From the NCBI RefSeq assembly GCF_009914755.1, contig NC_060928.1: DNA of 64,000 bases; one strand, given 5' to 3'. Shown here piece by piece: positions 1 to 14,041 of this stretch. The translations under genes were made by a program, and so were the position numbers. How positions within the stretch are numbered: position 1 is the stretch's first letter; each line of letters opens with the position of its first letter. The stretch is from the human T2T-CHM13v2.0 reference genome, Homo sapiens. The notes beneath the pieces are model-generated. The model searched no databases and had not been told where the DNA came from. It was given only the letters and a program-made list of their open reading frames with translations.

Positions 1-699
1 AAACTTTCCTCTTGCTGTATTGAGTGAAGTTTGCTGCTGGTGGGAATGCCACAGGGATGCAAACAACACAAGAGTTCATAGCCCTGCCCCACTCACAGGA
101 GTCTCGCTGTCCAGCCTTAGAGCTTTTCCAGATCTGTCTTCTAAGCCTAGGAGAATTCCTTGGAATTTCCAGTCTTAGTTCATGAAATAATCTCTGAACT
201 GATTTCCCAGGTTCAAAGTTTGATCCCCTCTATCCCATATTTCATGATTCAAAAGCCATCGAAGTTTTAAATCAAAGATAAATTACACTCCCTCATTTTC
301 TGTCCCTATGATTTAGCCCAATCTATTTATTTTATCATCCTTTCTTTCTTAAAACTGTTGCTGTCAAATCAACTCTATTACCATTTCACAAACACGCTAG
401 GCTTTTAGTCACCATGTTATCTGATTCTGTTGCAGTGGTCTTATTCCTCTTCACTACCTGGACAATTCACCCAGCTTTTAACTCCCCCTGAAGTTCTACT
501 TACTCTTCAACAACTTTGTGCCTTTGGTGATCATTTACCTTTATCTTTCCTGTGGTTTTACAACACATTAGGAGCCTCTTCCCCACTCCTTCCCACCATA
601 GCCAGTCTTAGTGATTTGTCTGCATTCTGTTGCTTGCTCGGTTCAGATGGATAAAATCTTACTGATTTTCATTTCTGTGATGACAAACTGAAGACTTCC

Positions 700-1135
700 T
701 ATTAGGCCTCACAGGGGTCTTTTCTGCGTGACCTCCTCTTGCTGCAGTATCAGCATCTCCCAGCCGTACTCTGTACAGCCATATTCTAGTCAGGCTAAAA
801 TCTTAACAACCCCACAACGATTCTCGGTTTCTTCAAGCTCCTAGGAATTTGCATATGCTGATTCTTCCACCTGGAACACTTTTCTCACAACCCCAATATC
901 CTCACCACCATCTAGTGTATACTTTAAATAGCCGAGACTTAGACTATGACTTCACTCATACAGCCCTTGCTTATCAGGCACACAGGGGCAGGGACATCTC
1001 CTGTACTCTCATAGTACCCTGTAATTGTCCTCTCTGAGTGCTCACCATTGTGATGTAACTGTTTTTTATCCCTCCTCTTAAATGTGTAGAGATAAGGGTA
1101 TTATGTCAATCCTAACAACATTTTATTCCCAGCAT
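700..1135 (+). mobile_element. Degraded LINE-2 3' fragment
   Basis: L2-like segments (tttgcatatgctgattcttccacctggaacacttttctc ... tttattcccagca). Heavily diverged, boundaries approximate. Confidence 0.45.
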
Positions 1136-2671
1136 GTTTTTTGAAACCACGGAAATTAAAGTGTAGGGTTTTTTTTTTCCCATATGTAGATTTCAAGTTT
1201 TCTGTGGACCTAAATCATGTCTTTTAATGATATTGTATTTCATAAACTTTCTAAAAATGTGCTGAGTAGATGTGCTGTTTACTTTCATGGAAGAATGTGG
1301 TAATAATTAAATATTTATTCTGAAATGCTTTTTTTACATTCATGGTATTTGAACAAAACATATTCTTATAATTCTAATGGATACATTTATTTGCAGTTAA
1401 AAATATCATTTAAGAATACAAAAAATAAAGCTTAAGAGAACAAATGTTCATGGTTTTCAACTTTAACATATGAAACATTTTGAGAAAAACACATTATTAT
1501 CAACTGTATGTATGTACATCTATATGACATTTTTCATACTTTCCACAAAATTTTCATGAAGTATTTATATAGGCTTCTCTTTAATCTTACATTGTTTAGA
1601 AGCATGTCTGCATTTAGTTTAAAATTCATATCTTAAATGTCTTAGGACCTAAATAATGACTTAGCTTTTCAGAAAAATCTTAGATGGTATAGTGATAATT
1701 CAGCCTTTGTTAACCTGATTTTTAATTTAGGTTCTACTCCAAGTTAACCTTATGCCCTTGGAAAAGTTCATATGGCTTTCCTCACTTTCATTCTTGTCAT
1801 TTGTAATATATGGGTAATAGGCTGTATTATTTTTAAAATCTTTTTCAACTTCTAAAGTCCATGATTATTTTATTCAAAAGCTAGGTATGAACTCACACAT
1901 CAGATTTAAGTCTACACTTTAAATTTCCCCCCTTTTCTGTTTCCATTGTTGAAATTAGAACAGTCATAAAGCTCATCACTAAACTGAACACAAATTTATT
2001 TCTTAAGACAATTCAAAATACAAGGAGGCTCTGACTGCTATTTCACTGTAATTCAAATTATTTAGCTATTATAGATAATGGAAAGGTTGACATAAACTAG
2101 GCAAAGAGAAAAAATATGGTTGAAAGTCACATATTCCATGTCCTCTTTTGTAATATACGGGGATTTTGATTCAAGAAACAGAAATAAGGTACTTAATGTA
2201 CACTTCGTGTTAAAGGAGTTTATTATGAAATATGTTGGATTTTAATAGGAGAATGCATTGTAGTAATACATCAGTTTAGCAAATATGTATGGACTTTAAA
2301 TGGGTTCGAACATCCGTTTCTTTTCTATCTTGAAAATGTTTTGTTTGTCATGATTTAGATTTCTCTTCAGCACACGTTAATTGATATGTGCCATGCGAAT
2401 ATTACGTTGTCATAATTTAGATTTCTATTTGGCACACATTAATTGGGTGCATCATATGTGTGATGCAGCCACTGCCATGCACTGTGGGAAACATGCCTAA
2501 TTCAATGGTGCATAAACAGACATGGCTGTTGACAGAATGGTTGGAGGCCACAGGGTCACCAAAACAGGCTCTGTGTGCATGTCCAGCGTGTGCTCCAGGA
2601 AATAGTTTGTGGCCGAAGTGGCTCTTACACATTTGAAGTGGGTAAGATTTATGGAAGGATACTTTACCTCC

Positions 2672-3025
2672 TGATATGGTTTGGCTGTGTCCCCACCCAA
2701 ATCTCAGCTTGAATTGGATCTCCTAGAATTCCCACGTGTTGTGAGAGGGACCCAGGGGGAGGTAAATGAATCATGTGGGCCGGTCTTTCCCATGCCATTC
2801 TCGTGGTAGTGAATAAGTCTCATGAGATCTGATGGGTTTATCGGGGTTTCTGCTTTTGCTTCGTCCTCATTTTTCTCTTGCCGCTGCCATGTAAGAAGTG
2901 GCTTTCACCTCCCACCATGATTCTGAGGCCTCCCCAGCCATGTGGAACTATAAGTCCAATTAAACTTCTTTTTGTTCCCAGTTTCAGGTATGTCTTTATC
3001 ACCAGCATGAAAACGAACTAATTCA
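2672..3025 (+). mobile_element. THE1A solo LTR (ERVL-MaLR), full length
   Basis: Begins TGATATGGTTTGGCTGTGTCCCCACCCAAATCTC and ends ...GAACTAATTCA. 354 bp, TG...CA termini, 5-bp TSD CCTCC at 2667-2671 and 3026-3030. Confidence 0.92.
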
Positions 3026-3067
3026 CCTCCCTTCAGAAATATTTCAGCCCAAAATACTTTGAGGAAA

Positions 3068-3338
3068 GGCTAGACATAGTGGCTCACACCAGGCCAGGAG
3101 TTCAAGACTAGCCTGGGTAACACAGTGAGACCCTGTCTCTAGAAAATTAAATGAAAGAATTAGCCAGGTGTGGTGGTGGTGCATGTCTGTAGTCCCAGCT
3201 ACACAGGAGACTGAAGTTGGAGGATTGTTTGAGCCCAGGAGGTTGAAGATACAGTGAGCTATGATCGCAACACTGCACTCCAGCCTAGGCAACAGAGTGA
3301 GACCTCATCTGTAAAAGAAAAAAGAAAAAAAAAAAAAA
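3068..3338 (+). mobile_element. AluJ with internal left-arm deletion
   Basis: Alu arms with J-type motifs (gagcccaggagg, gtgagctatgatc) and an A-rich tail. Jumps from ggctcacacc to aggccaggagttc, lacking the tgtaatcccagcactttggg block. Confidence 0.88.
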
Positions 3339-6300
3339 CATAAGGTTTCTCCCATGCTACCTATCTGCCTTAGGAGACCTGGGTGAAATAATTTCATTTT
3401 TTAAACTCATCGTTGTCAACTACACCTAAAATCCAACTTGGTGTAGTGACTGGTCATCACAAGTGGATCTAATCACCTGTATATACTAATTCTTTGTTTT
3501 ATAAAAATTGTTCTTACTTGCTCTGTCAAGGGCACCCTGCCTAAACAATTCCCTCTAAGTTTGAATCTTAGGAGGGAGAAATGTGGGAATTTGAAGCTTT
3601 CCTTCTGGATAGGCCCATGGACTTGTTAAGCACATTCCTTCATCTCCTTCCTAGCAGCATTTAACCTCTAGATATCAGTAGTTTTAGTGAAAAAAAAAAA
3701 AAAAAAAGGAAAAGAGAGTTCATTATGAGCCAGTTGGTTACATGAGCTTCCACTTCCCATTATACAAATATTTCCTTTGCTTTTGATTCTCTTTATTCAA
3801 GCTTTGTCCTGGTTGAATAACAGATATTTTGCTGGAGAAAATGGAATATGTTACTTACATGAATTATGACATTTTTTCTTATGGTAAGAAGTGAAGGAGC
3901 TAGGAGGCAGAAGAGTGGAAGAAAGGAAAGAAATGACAGGGCAAGGAAAAATAAAAGATAAAATGCCCAAATGCATACATAAATAAAAAGGCCAGGAAGG
4001 GTACTGCACTTAATGTTCATATTAACTGAAGGGTAAAGTAGGGAAGAGTCTTCTCCACTGTTCATCTACCCCACATACTAACAAGAGGGAGTTTCCAGCA
4101 AATAGCTGGCAGCATGTTCAGTACTTTGACTCACGTCTGGAGACAGTTCCATAAAGCAGTTTTCCCTTTTCAGAAACACCAATGCACTGAGATTAAATGA
4201 GAGATATTGCAGCTTTCACTCTTGTTCTGCCAACCGCAGGCTTGACCTTGATGCCTTTGCAATCATCTCTACAGCCACAGAGTGGGAAACGATACCTGGG
4301 GTATGCTCTCTCATTGACTCCAAGAGCTTCCAAACACAAATTTTACACAGGTAGTTTAAATGTAATGATGAATGCTTCAGTCAATAGATCATAATTTCAT
4401 AGTAGTTGATCTGTTTTACTTTATATTTAAAGAAAATAAATAACTTTGGGGCCAACCCCTAGCTTGTATTCAGGGAAGGATACAGCACAAAGGAATAAAA
4501 GAATTTAGTGTTGTGAAAGATTTTCTGTCAAACAAAAAGATATTTCTAAAATTAGTAATTTTCAGAGTAGAGTGTTTTAATAAAAATATAAACACAAATC
4601 AAAATTTAATTGTTTCTTTATACTCTTTCCAAAATATGAGCAATATCTCATGCTCTGAGGGTAAATATTTCATTTTAACTATAGCTGACTTGCCAAATAT
4701 TCAGAAACCTTATTCCTGTTCTATGAAAGATCTCAAAGTTAAATTAGTTCACGTCACTTTTACAGACTATAACTTAAACCTTTAAAACACATTTTTTTCC
4801 TCAGCCTGATTATAGCATATTTTCTTCTCAACTTAATTTTAAATGACATATTCCATTGTAAACTAGCTACAATTAAGGACAAAAATATTTTAAGTAACTA
4901 ACTGATATATATATATGTTTTTGTTTTAATAAGCCCAAATCAATCACTTATATTTCTACTAAGGTATCACTAGTATCACTAGGATATATGGGTACATTGA
5001 AGATATGGTAGTACATAAAAATTTTTAAAACTAAAAAAAAATTTAGTGAAAAATGTTTATCTCCTATTTGTATAAAAAGTGTTTTTCCAGTATTTTTTAA
5101 ATCCAAATGTTCAAATTAAGATAATGTGAACAATGAATAAAATGGACAAAAAATATTATCTGTTTTTCCTAGGCCCAATGAAATATTTTTTATTTGAAAT
5201 TTTAGCATTTTTTAACTAGGTTTATAAACTAGTAAGAAACACACACAAGACAAAACAGAGCAGGATTTGTGGTCACAGCATCTTTTCTTCTACAAATATT
5301 TAATTATTCTTAAAATAAGGGAACCACATTCTTTCAGAGTAATTATAGACTTGTAAAAGTAATGTAATGTAACTTGTAATGTAACCAATATCTGAGAGTA
5401 TTTTCCATCAGATAGAAAGTAGAGATTCTCTTAAGAAAGTTACAAAAAAAGGTTCTAAGATTTCAGAGGAGGTAAATTATTGAGTTTTACAGCCTGATAC
5501 AATTTTAGAGCTAATCAGCTAATCTTATCTTTTATTTTATATTTTACAAAATGTAGGTCAAAAAGTAATTTTTTTTCAAAAAAGTGTTGACTGTATGAAA
5601 ATTTTACTAATTTGTTTTAATGAGAAGAAAGAATGAGAGAAGTATCCTGCAATAGTAGGAAATCTGAGATGGGAAGACCAGGCTTAGACCTTAACAGAGT
5701 GTGTCACAAAAATTACCTCAGTTGACCTCAGTTTTCACATCTATCCAATAAGAGTTTGTATTACATTATTTGGAATATAACTTCAAGTTCATAATTTTCA
5801 TGATTATATAAAAACCATTACAAATAAATAAAATATCTGCTATGATTACATGAAAATTCTAATTTGAAAAGAAATGCATGGTTTTTTATTTTTTGGTTGC
5901 TATTATTAAGCAGAATGTGTTTCAAAGTAGATGTACTCAACCCAAATTTATTTATAATTAGTAGCTTCAGCTGGCATATAGCAATTAATGTGTTTTTTCC
6001 AAAGGGTTTAACATTCCTCCTGTTATATACTGCAAGCAACTTATTTGTTTATTATATTATTAAAGCAGCCTTTAGGCCGAAGCGTGGTAAATGATCACAA
6101 ATCTCAAATTTAATGAAGTCAAAATTGGTGACATTTTATTTCATTTTTCTCAGATCATCATATGATAAAAATCACACTGCATTTTACAATATCTGGAGGA
6201 CATGATAAACTAGAGTAGCTATTCAAATAAAATCCGTACTCTGTGGCTAAAGCTGGAAGGCTGAGAGTTATAGTAAAGATCACAAATTCATTAATGAGGG

Positions 6301-8274
6301 CTCTCTTTATAATTGAATTATCTAGTCTGCCATTTGTTTTTTGCAATACATTACTCAATCAGTGACCATTTATTAAGGGCATAATATTTTCCAGATACCA
6401 AGCTAGGAAAATGGAAGGGGCTGACGTGTGAAGTAGATTACAAAAACAGGAACTTGGAATGAAGGTGAAAGTGATAGCTCAGCTATTAGAATGAGAATGT
6501 GCTGGATGGTCAGTGTGAGGTGGAGAAAGGGAATACCTTTAGAACGGTGTGCTTTTATCAAAGTCAAAACAGAATAGTAACATGATTTACCTAGTACTGA
6601 GCCTTTTAGCCTTTATCCTGGAGCAAGAAAGTAAAAATAAAATGGAGAGACCAGTGGATGCTCACTGGATTATTCCCAATATTTATCAATAAGAACTTTC
6701 ACATATATTATTTTATTTGGTCCATAATATAAAAATCTACTTATATTTTGTTTCTCTTCCACGTATTTGCAACAGAGATTTCAGTTTGAGTCTGTATTAG
6801 ACTGTGCTACATCTGGAAATGTCTAATAAACAAGTAGGATGGGCCAGGAAGAAAACTGTGTTGCATGAATACTGATTTATTTATCACTGGATAAGTCATC
6901 CTGCAGGAATAAAGTCCCAGGCATAAACATCTTGGCTCAGAGAGGAAGTCTTAGTTTTCAGAGGGAGGCAGAATTCTGAATGCAGTATAGTTACTGAAAA
7001 TTGCATTTATTTCCTGGTGAAACTACCATTGGACCTGAAATTCACAGAGAATAAGAGAACGGTAAGTGACCACTGAAATGATTCTCTTATAAACTTGATA
7101 AAATATTAGGGTGTTTGGGATGCCTCTAAATAAAGAAAGAGGACAGAGCAGGTCTTCCTCAAGCACTTATCTAAAAGCTGCTGTATAAATAACTTATCTA
7201 AAGGCATTCATGACTCAAATCATGAATGGTAGCATCAAGATACCAAGAGCAGAAGAGATCAGGGACTAACTATAGCCAGAGACATAGTGATGACCACTGG
7301 CAGGTGGCTGCCGTGTTCTGTAACTTAGTAATGCAGACTGCAGTGTGGAGTGGAATATCTGCAGGGTAATGGCAGCATCAAGCACCTCATGGAAATAGCA
7401 GTGTCTGTAGGGATCTGACTTGTGCAGGAACCATGTAAGAACAAGGCTGGAGGTTATGGCAACTGGTTTAATAGCCCTGGTGCTTTGCTGAAACCATAAT
7501 TCTCTCAAACACAACAAGCATCTGGTAGAGCAATAGCCACAACTCACAGGGGAAACAGGGACAGGGGACAAATGACCAAAGAGAATGGACTTGTTTATTG
7601 GGTATATTTCAGGGGGTTATTTTCTCTTGGTTTTGTCTGCCTTCAAATATGTGACCATGTTGACCTCTCAAACTGTTTTCTTTCCTATCATCTCTAAGGA
7701 TTCACATACCGGGTGCTTTCTCTCTGTAAGCTGAGTGCAGAAGTTCACATCGTGGAATGTCAAGGAGAGTCAAAACTATGTTGTACTACTGATACTGTAG
7801 TCCTTACAGCTTCTTTTGAAGTCAGTGTGATAGACAGGGTGGAGTAGTAGAAAGCACCTGAGGGTTGGTGCATGAGAGGAAGCATTCATTCAGCGTGTCT
7901 GGAAGTATGAGCCTGGGCTTTCCAGTTTCACTGATCTGTTTTCAGCCATGGGAGCATGGCAAATTTGGGCAACAAGTTTGCGAGTCATCAGAGAAACTCA
8001 AATCATTACTCTCCAAAACCACCAATAGAAACCCAGATTAGAATATCTTGTAGTATTTCTTTCCATTTGCAGATCTGACATGTTCTTCCTCAAGATGTCT
8101 TCCCGACTTGGTGTCTACGTCTAACCAAGTCTGATACACTGAGGTCTCCTTTGTTCAGCCTATTGAAATTCCAGTATTTCACTTACCATGGCATTTTCTG
8201 GCCTTTTTTTTAAGAATGTGTCACTGTCAAATATATTATTTCATTCATTTATTTAGGTTTTTTTTGTTTACCTA

Positions 8275-8410
8275 TTTTCCCAGCCCCTACTAGGATGAAA
8301 GTTCCGTAAGGTCCATTTTTTTGGCCTATTTTTGCTGCTTGTGTCTCTAGCACCCCAAATAATGCCCAACACACAGAGTGCAGACATTGATTAAATATTG
8401 GTTAACAAAT
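8275..8410 (+). mobile_element. LINE-2 3' end
   Basis: ctactaggatgaaagttccgtaag...tgtgtctctagcacc...taaatattggttaacaaat matches the L2 terminal pattern. Confidence 0.55.
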
Positions 8411-9149
8411 AATGTAATGAAAAGAAATTTTGATGCTCTGAAAATTTGTCCCAGCTGAGTGATACAGTGAAGAGAAGCTGTGCACTCTTGTCAATTCTGT
8501 TTTATCCCTACAATACTTCTTCCCCCAATCACCGCAATAGCATCTTGGCTTGTCTTTCTGCTTCTGACCCCCTCCATTACAGCACATTCTCCACGGAGGA
8601 ATTACACAGTGGATGTCTACCCCTGGTCCTCCAAGACATCCCATTGCTCCTTAATTAAACCTGGAGCCCTCTTCCAGCCTATTACCTTTAGGCCTTTGCT
8701 GACCTGTGCACACTCTGTCCCTATGATTCTGTCTTCTCCTGTATTTTTGATCTTCTTCACATTCCTTGAGCCTGCTGAGTTGTCCTACCCCATGGTATTG
8801 GTACTTGCTCTTCTTTCTGTTGCCAGCAAACCTTGGTATGGCTGGCTTCTGTGTACCAATTATTTCTAAAAACCATTTTATTTCGGATTTTAGCATTTTA
8901 AGAATAAAGACATATAATAGAACATGTTAATGTTTTGGATAATAATAGATTTATGCAAGTTTATGAGTAATCATAACTTGAAATCATTTATATTAAAACA
9001 TCATTTGTGCATTAAAAATGGTCAAATACTCACTATATGATGGGCTGGAGAATTCAACAGAGTACTAAAAAGCTACAGTCATTGTAGTGGGGGAGATAAA
9101 AAATTAACTGTCTAGCTTCTAACAAACTAGAGAGATAATTTTGTACTAG

Positions 9150-9360
9150 CTAGCATTTTTGGCATACTTATACTATGTAAAAGTACTATTTATATTACTA
9201 GTATTTTCACATCAGCACTTTGATGTAGATGTAAAGTGCAATCATTTTATAGATATGAAAGCTGTAATACAAATAGTTTAAGTAAATTCTTCAAGATCTC
9301 ACAAATAGAAAATGGGTATCTGAAGCAAGTGTATTGGGCTTCAAATCTCATGCTGCCTTT
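9150..9360 (-). mobile_element. MIR fragment
   Basis: cattttatagatatgaaagctg...tttaagtaaattcttcaagatctcaca resembles the reverse MIR core. Confidence 0.5.
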
Positions 9361-10084
9361 GTAAGATAAAAGAAATCTCAAATGGAAAAAGGAGCACAGT
9401 GGGGGGCTAAGGTCAATCACGGCTTCTGTGGTCAGAAAAGTCTTTCCAGAGGAGATGATGATAAACTGAATCCAGAAGGACTACTGAGTGCAAAAATACA
9501 AATGAGGCTGAGAAAAAATGATTCTTGCTAAAAAGTTAAACGACATCAAAATATATAGAATATAGAGTCTGAAAGAGAGTGGAGGAAAGGGGAGGGGTAA
9601 GGCAGAGATACGTGTAATGCAAATAAATTTGATTTAATGCTGCGAATAACCATATAATTAGGTAAGTATTTCAGCAAAGTTCTACGCTGACCACAGGATA
9701 AGAAAGATTGGAGCAAGGCAGATCTCTTTCGGAAGACTTGTAATATTCCAGAGAGGGATGATAACGATCCTGAAACAAGAAAATGTATTACAGAAGGAGA
9801 GCCATAGAGAGGCTGAATACACATTCAGCAGTCGGAATTCAGTTGGAATTACTGATTGTTTAGATGTGGGAGTGAGCCAGAGGAAGGAATTTAAAATAAA
9901 ACCTGGGGTTCTGCTTATGAGGATTGAGAGGGATATGCACCATTAAGGAATTGAATAGAAAAAACAAATTTCAAGGGAAATACATTTCCTGTATGATTTT
10001 TAATTGTAAGTATCTGAGGAACATTTATATACTCACTAAACCATTTGAAATCCATGTTTGGAACCTAACATAGAGTTTAGTTGT

Positions 10085-10275
10085 GCTCCTGGAGACAACC
10101 GCCTGCTTCAACTCCCAACCTGACCACTTCAAATTTGTGTAACTTTGGGTAATTAGTTAATAATGTCTTTAAGCCTTCGTGTCTTCATCTATCACATTGA
10201 CAGAGTTACAATAGCATATACTGTCCCCGTGAGAATGGGATGTGATAATCTATGAAAAGCGTATGAGACATTGCC
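10085..10275 (+). mobile_element. MIR
   Basis: MIR core: accacttc...tgtgtaactttgggtaattagtta...ctttaagccttcgtgtcttcatctat. Confidence 0.65.
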
Positions 10276-10372
10276 CAGAGGTATTTTTTTTTTGGCAGAG
10301 GCTATAGGTTTTGTTACTTTTTGTTACTTTCATTGGCACTATAGAAGAAATTTGAACAGATACATAGATTTA

Positions 10373-10408
10373 TGACCTACTAATAATCTATAGATTATTA
10401 GTAGGTCA
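10373..10408. repeat. Perfect 36-bp palindrome, no spacer
   Basis: TGACCTACTAATAATCTA|TAGATTATTAGTAGGTCA; the arms are exact reverse complements. Confidence 0.97.
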
Positions 10409-11499
10409 GAGTAGATCACCGGTGATGAATGAGATTATCTAGGAACATTGTATAGAAGAAAAGAGAGGAAACTTAAAGTGAAACCCATGGGAACACCTAC
10501 ATTTAAGAAATAAAAGAATAGAAAACTGAAAATATGATTGAGAATAATTAGTTTGAGGACTGTTAAGAAGACCAGAGAGAGAGAGAGTGGTGTTTAACAG
10601 GCCAAATGAGTTGTTTAAGAAGTGAGTGATTAACCAGTTAGACAATGCAGAGGTATAAAGAAAAATGAGAGTAATTTGTCAATTTAGAGGTAGTAGAAGG
10701 ATTTCAGTAGAATGGAAGGGTCATAGAAGGGTCAGAAACCAGACTTTAGCAGTTTAGAAATTACTGGGAGGTCTGGAAGTGGAGACAATGAGAACAGATG
10801 GATCATCATTTTAAAAATATAAAGGCAGCACACATAATTGTTGGAAAAGGTCATGGAGGAGGTAAGAGGAAAGGGAATCTAAAGGACAGGTAGATGAAAC
10901 AGTTTTTGGAACTTTCAAAATGTTACGATGGCCTGGTTGATGTCTTGCTACACTCTTTGCAATAAAGCAGTCAATAAAAATGAGACTAAACACACAAATA
11001 TCAATAGCTGTGCCAGTTTATTCATAATGTATATTGATTGATAGAGAGGAATACCGTGCATTCAAAAGTGCATTCAAAACAGAACGAACTTACTTTTATA
11101 CAATATGTAAGTTACATTTTAATATCATATGACCAATGTATTTCTCTTTAATCTGAATATATTTCTTCAATAAAGGAACTTTAAGTTTAAAGTCATCAAT
11201 TCAATTGTGAATCAGAAAAAGCATCATAAATACATCATAAATACAATACATTATTTACGCTGGGCTTCCAGATTTTGGTGGACATTCTGTAGGATATCTA
11301 AGATATATAAACTTGCGTGCTACTGATAATGAGGGATTCATTCTGGCAATAGCAGAACTGTTGAGAGAATTATCTAATTTATAAGAATAACTGTTCAGTG
11401 GTTTGCAGAGTTTTGGGCATCTATGTAAGATGTAAAGGCCACTGTCATTGTGATTGTGGTTTTAGTGTCTTTGTCATATTTCTTGTTAGGTTTTTGCTA

Positions 11500-11670
11500 T
11501 GATCCTGGTTGTTACCTAGCATTTCTCGTTTCCACCCTAGTTGAAAACCCAGTTCTCCTGCCTGCTGATTACGGGAGCCACCTTAAAACTTTTCAACATA
11601 TTACCTTTCAGTTTTAATCACAGAAAATCAGTGTTCCTTGTTGTGACTAAGAAACCATGGTGATAAACCT
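11500..11670 (+). mobile_element. Old MLT1-type LTR 3' fragment
   Basis: Ends ...aaatcagtgttccttgttgtgactaagaaaccatggtgataaa, resembling MLT1 LTR termini. Confidence 0.35.
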
Positions 11671-12410
11671 GTGGTATTACTTCATCATTGATGAGAAGCT
11701 GCATGTTCTTTTCATGGAAATAGTAATATCAGAGGAAATATGAATCCAACAAAACTGAAGGATAGCCATGCATTATAAAAATGCATTACCCCATAGAAAT
11801 GAAAACTGTTCACACAAAAACCCATACATGAATATTCAGAGCGGCTTTATTTGTAATAACCCCAAATTGAAAATGTCCAAGAAAGCCTTCAGCAGATGAA
11901 GGGTTAAATAAACTGGTACCTTTATATTCTGGAATCTTTTATATTACAGAATAATAAACTACTGAAAAACACAACAGCTTTATTTAATCTCCAGGGCATT
12001 GCACCTGGATGAAAAAAAAAGTCCCCAAAATGTACATACTCTGTGATTCCATTGTATAATATTCTCGAAATGACAAAATTATGGAAATAGAGAACACATT
12101 AATGGTCTTCAGGAATCAGGAACGGGAGGTGAGGCAGAGAAGGAGTTTAACAACAAAAGACAACATGAGGGATCTATGTGATGATGAAAATGTTCTTTTT
12201 TTTTTTATTGTACTTTAAGTTTTAGGGTACATGTGCACATTGTGCAGGTTAGTTACATATGTATACATGTGCCATGCTGGTGCGCTGCACCCACTAACTC
12301 GTCATCTAGCATTAGGTATATCTCCAATGCTATCCCTCCCCCCTCCCCCCACCCCACCACAGTCCCCAGAGTGTGATATTCCCCTTCCTGTGTCCATGTG
12401 ATCTCATTGT

Positions 12411-13594
<1,184 letters not shown>

Positions 13595-13732
13595 TGAATC
13601 AAAGTTTTGTGAAATGTTACTGTTGGGAAAATCTAGGTAAAGTTACATAAAATCTCTGGTATTATTTCTTATGACTTCATGGAAATCTTTAATTCTCTCA
13701 CATCAAAACAGTTTAATGAAAAAGTGCATTAA

Positions 13733-14041
<309 letters not shown>

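Larger units (their letters stand above)
9400..10900 (-). mobile_element. Degraded LINE-2 interrupted by a MIR
   Basis: Purine-rich L2-like tracts (actgattgtttagatgtgggagtgag, gatttcagtagaatggaagggtcagaaaccagact, gaagtggagacaatgag). Boundaries approximate. Confidence 0.5.

Noticed and set aside
2928-2941. PRDM9 hotspot motif in THE1A
   Set aside because: It reads CCTCCCCAGCCAT, mismatching CCNCCNTNNCCNC at two fixed positions, i.e. the ordinary THE1 state.
6962-7061. Possible exon ending at the strong donor G|gtaagt
   Set aside because: The upstream acceptor has a weak pyrimidine tract and there is no other support.
8402-8896. Cluster of overlapping ORFs up to 129 aa
   Set aside because: No recognisable domain, mostly non-ATG starts and no exon structure. 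Explained by locally higher GC.
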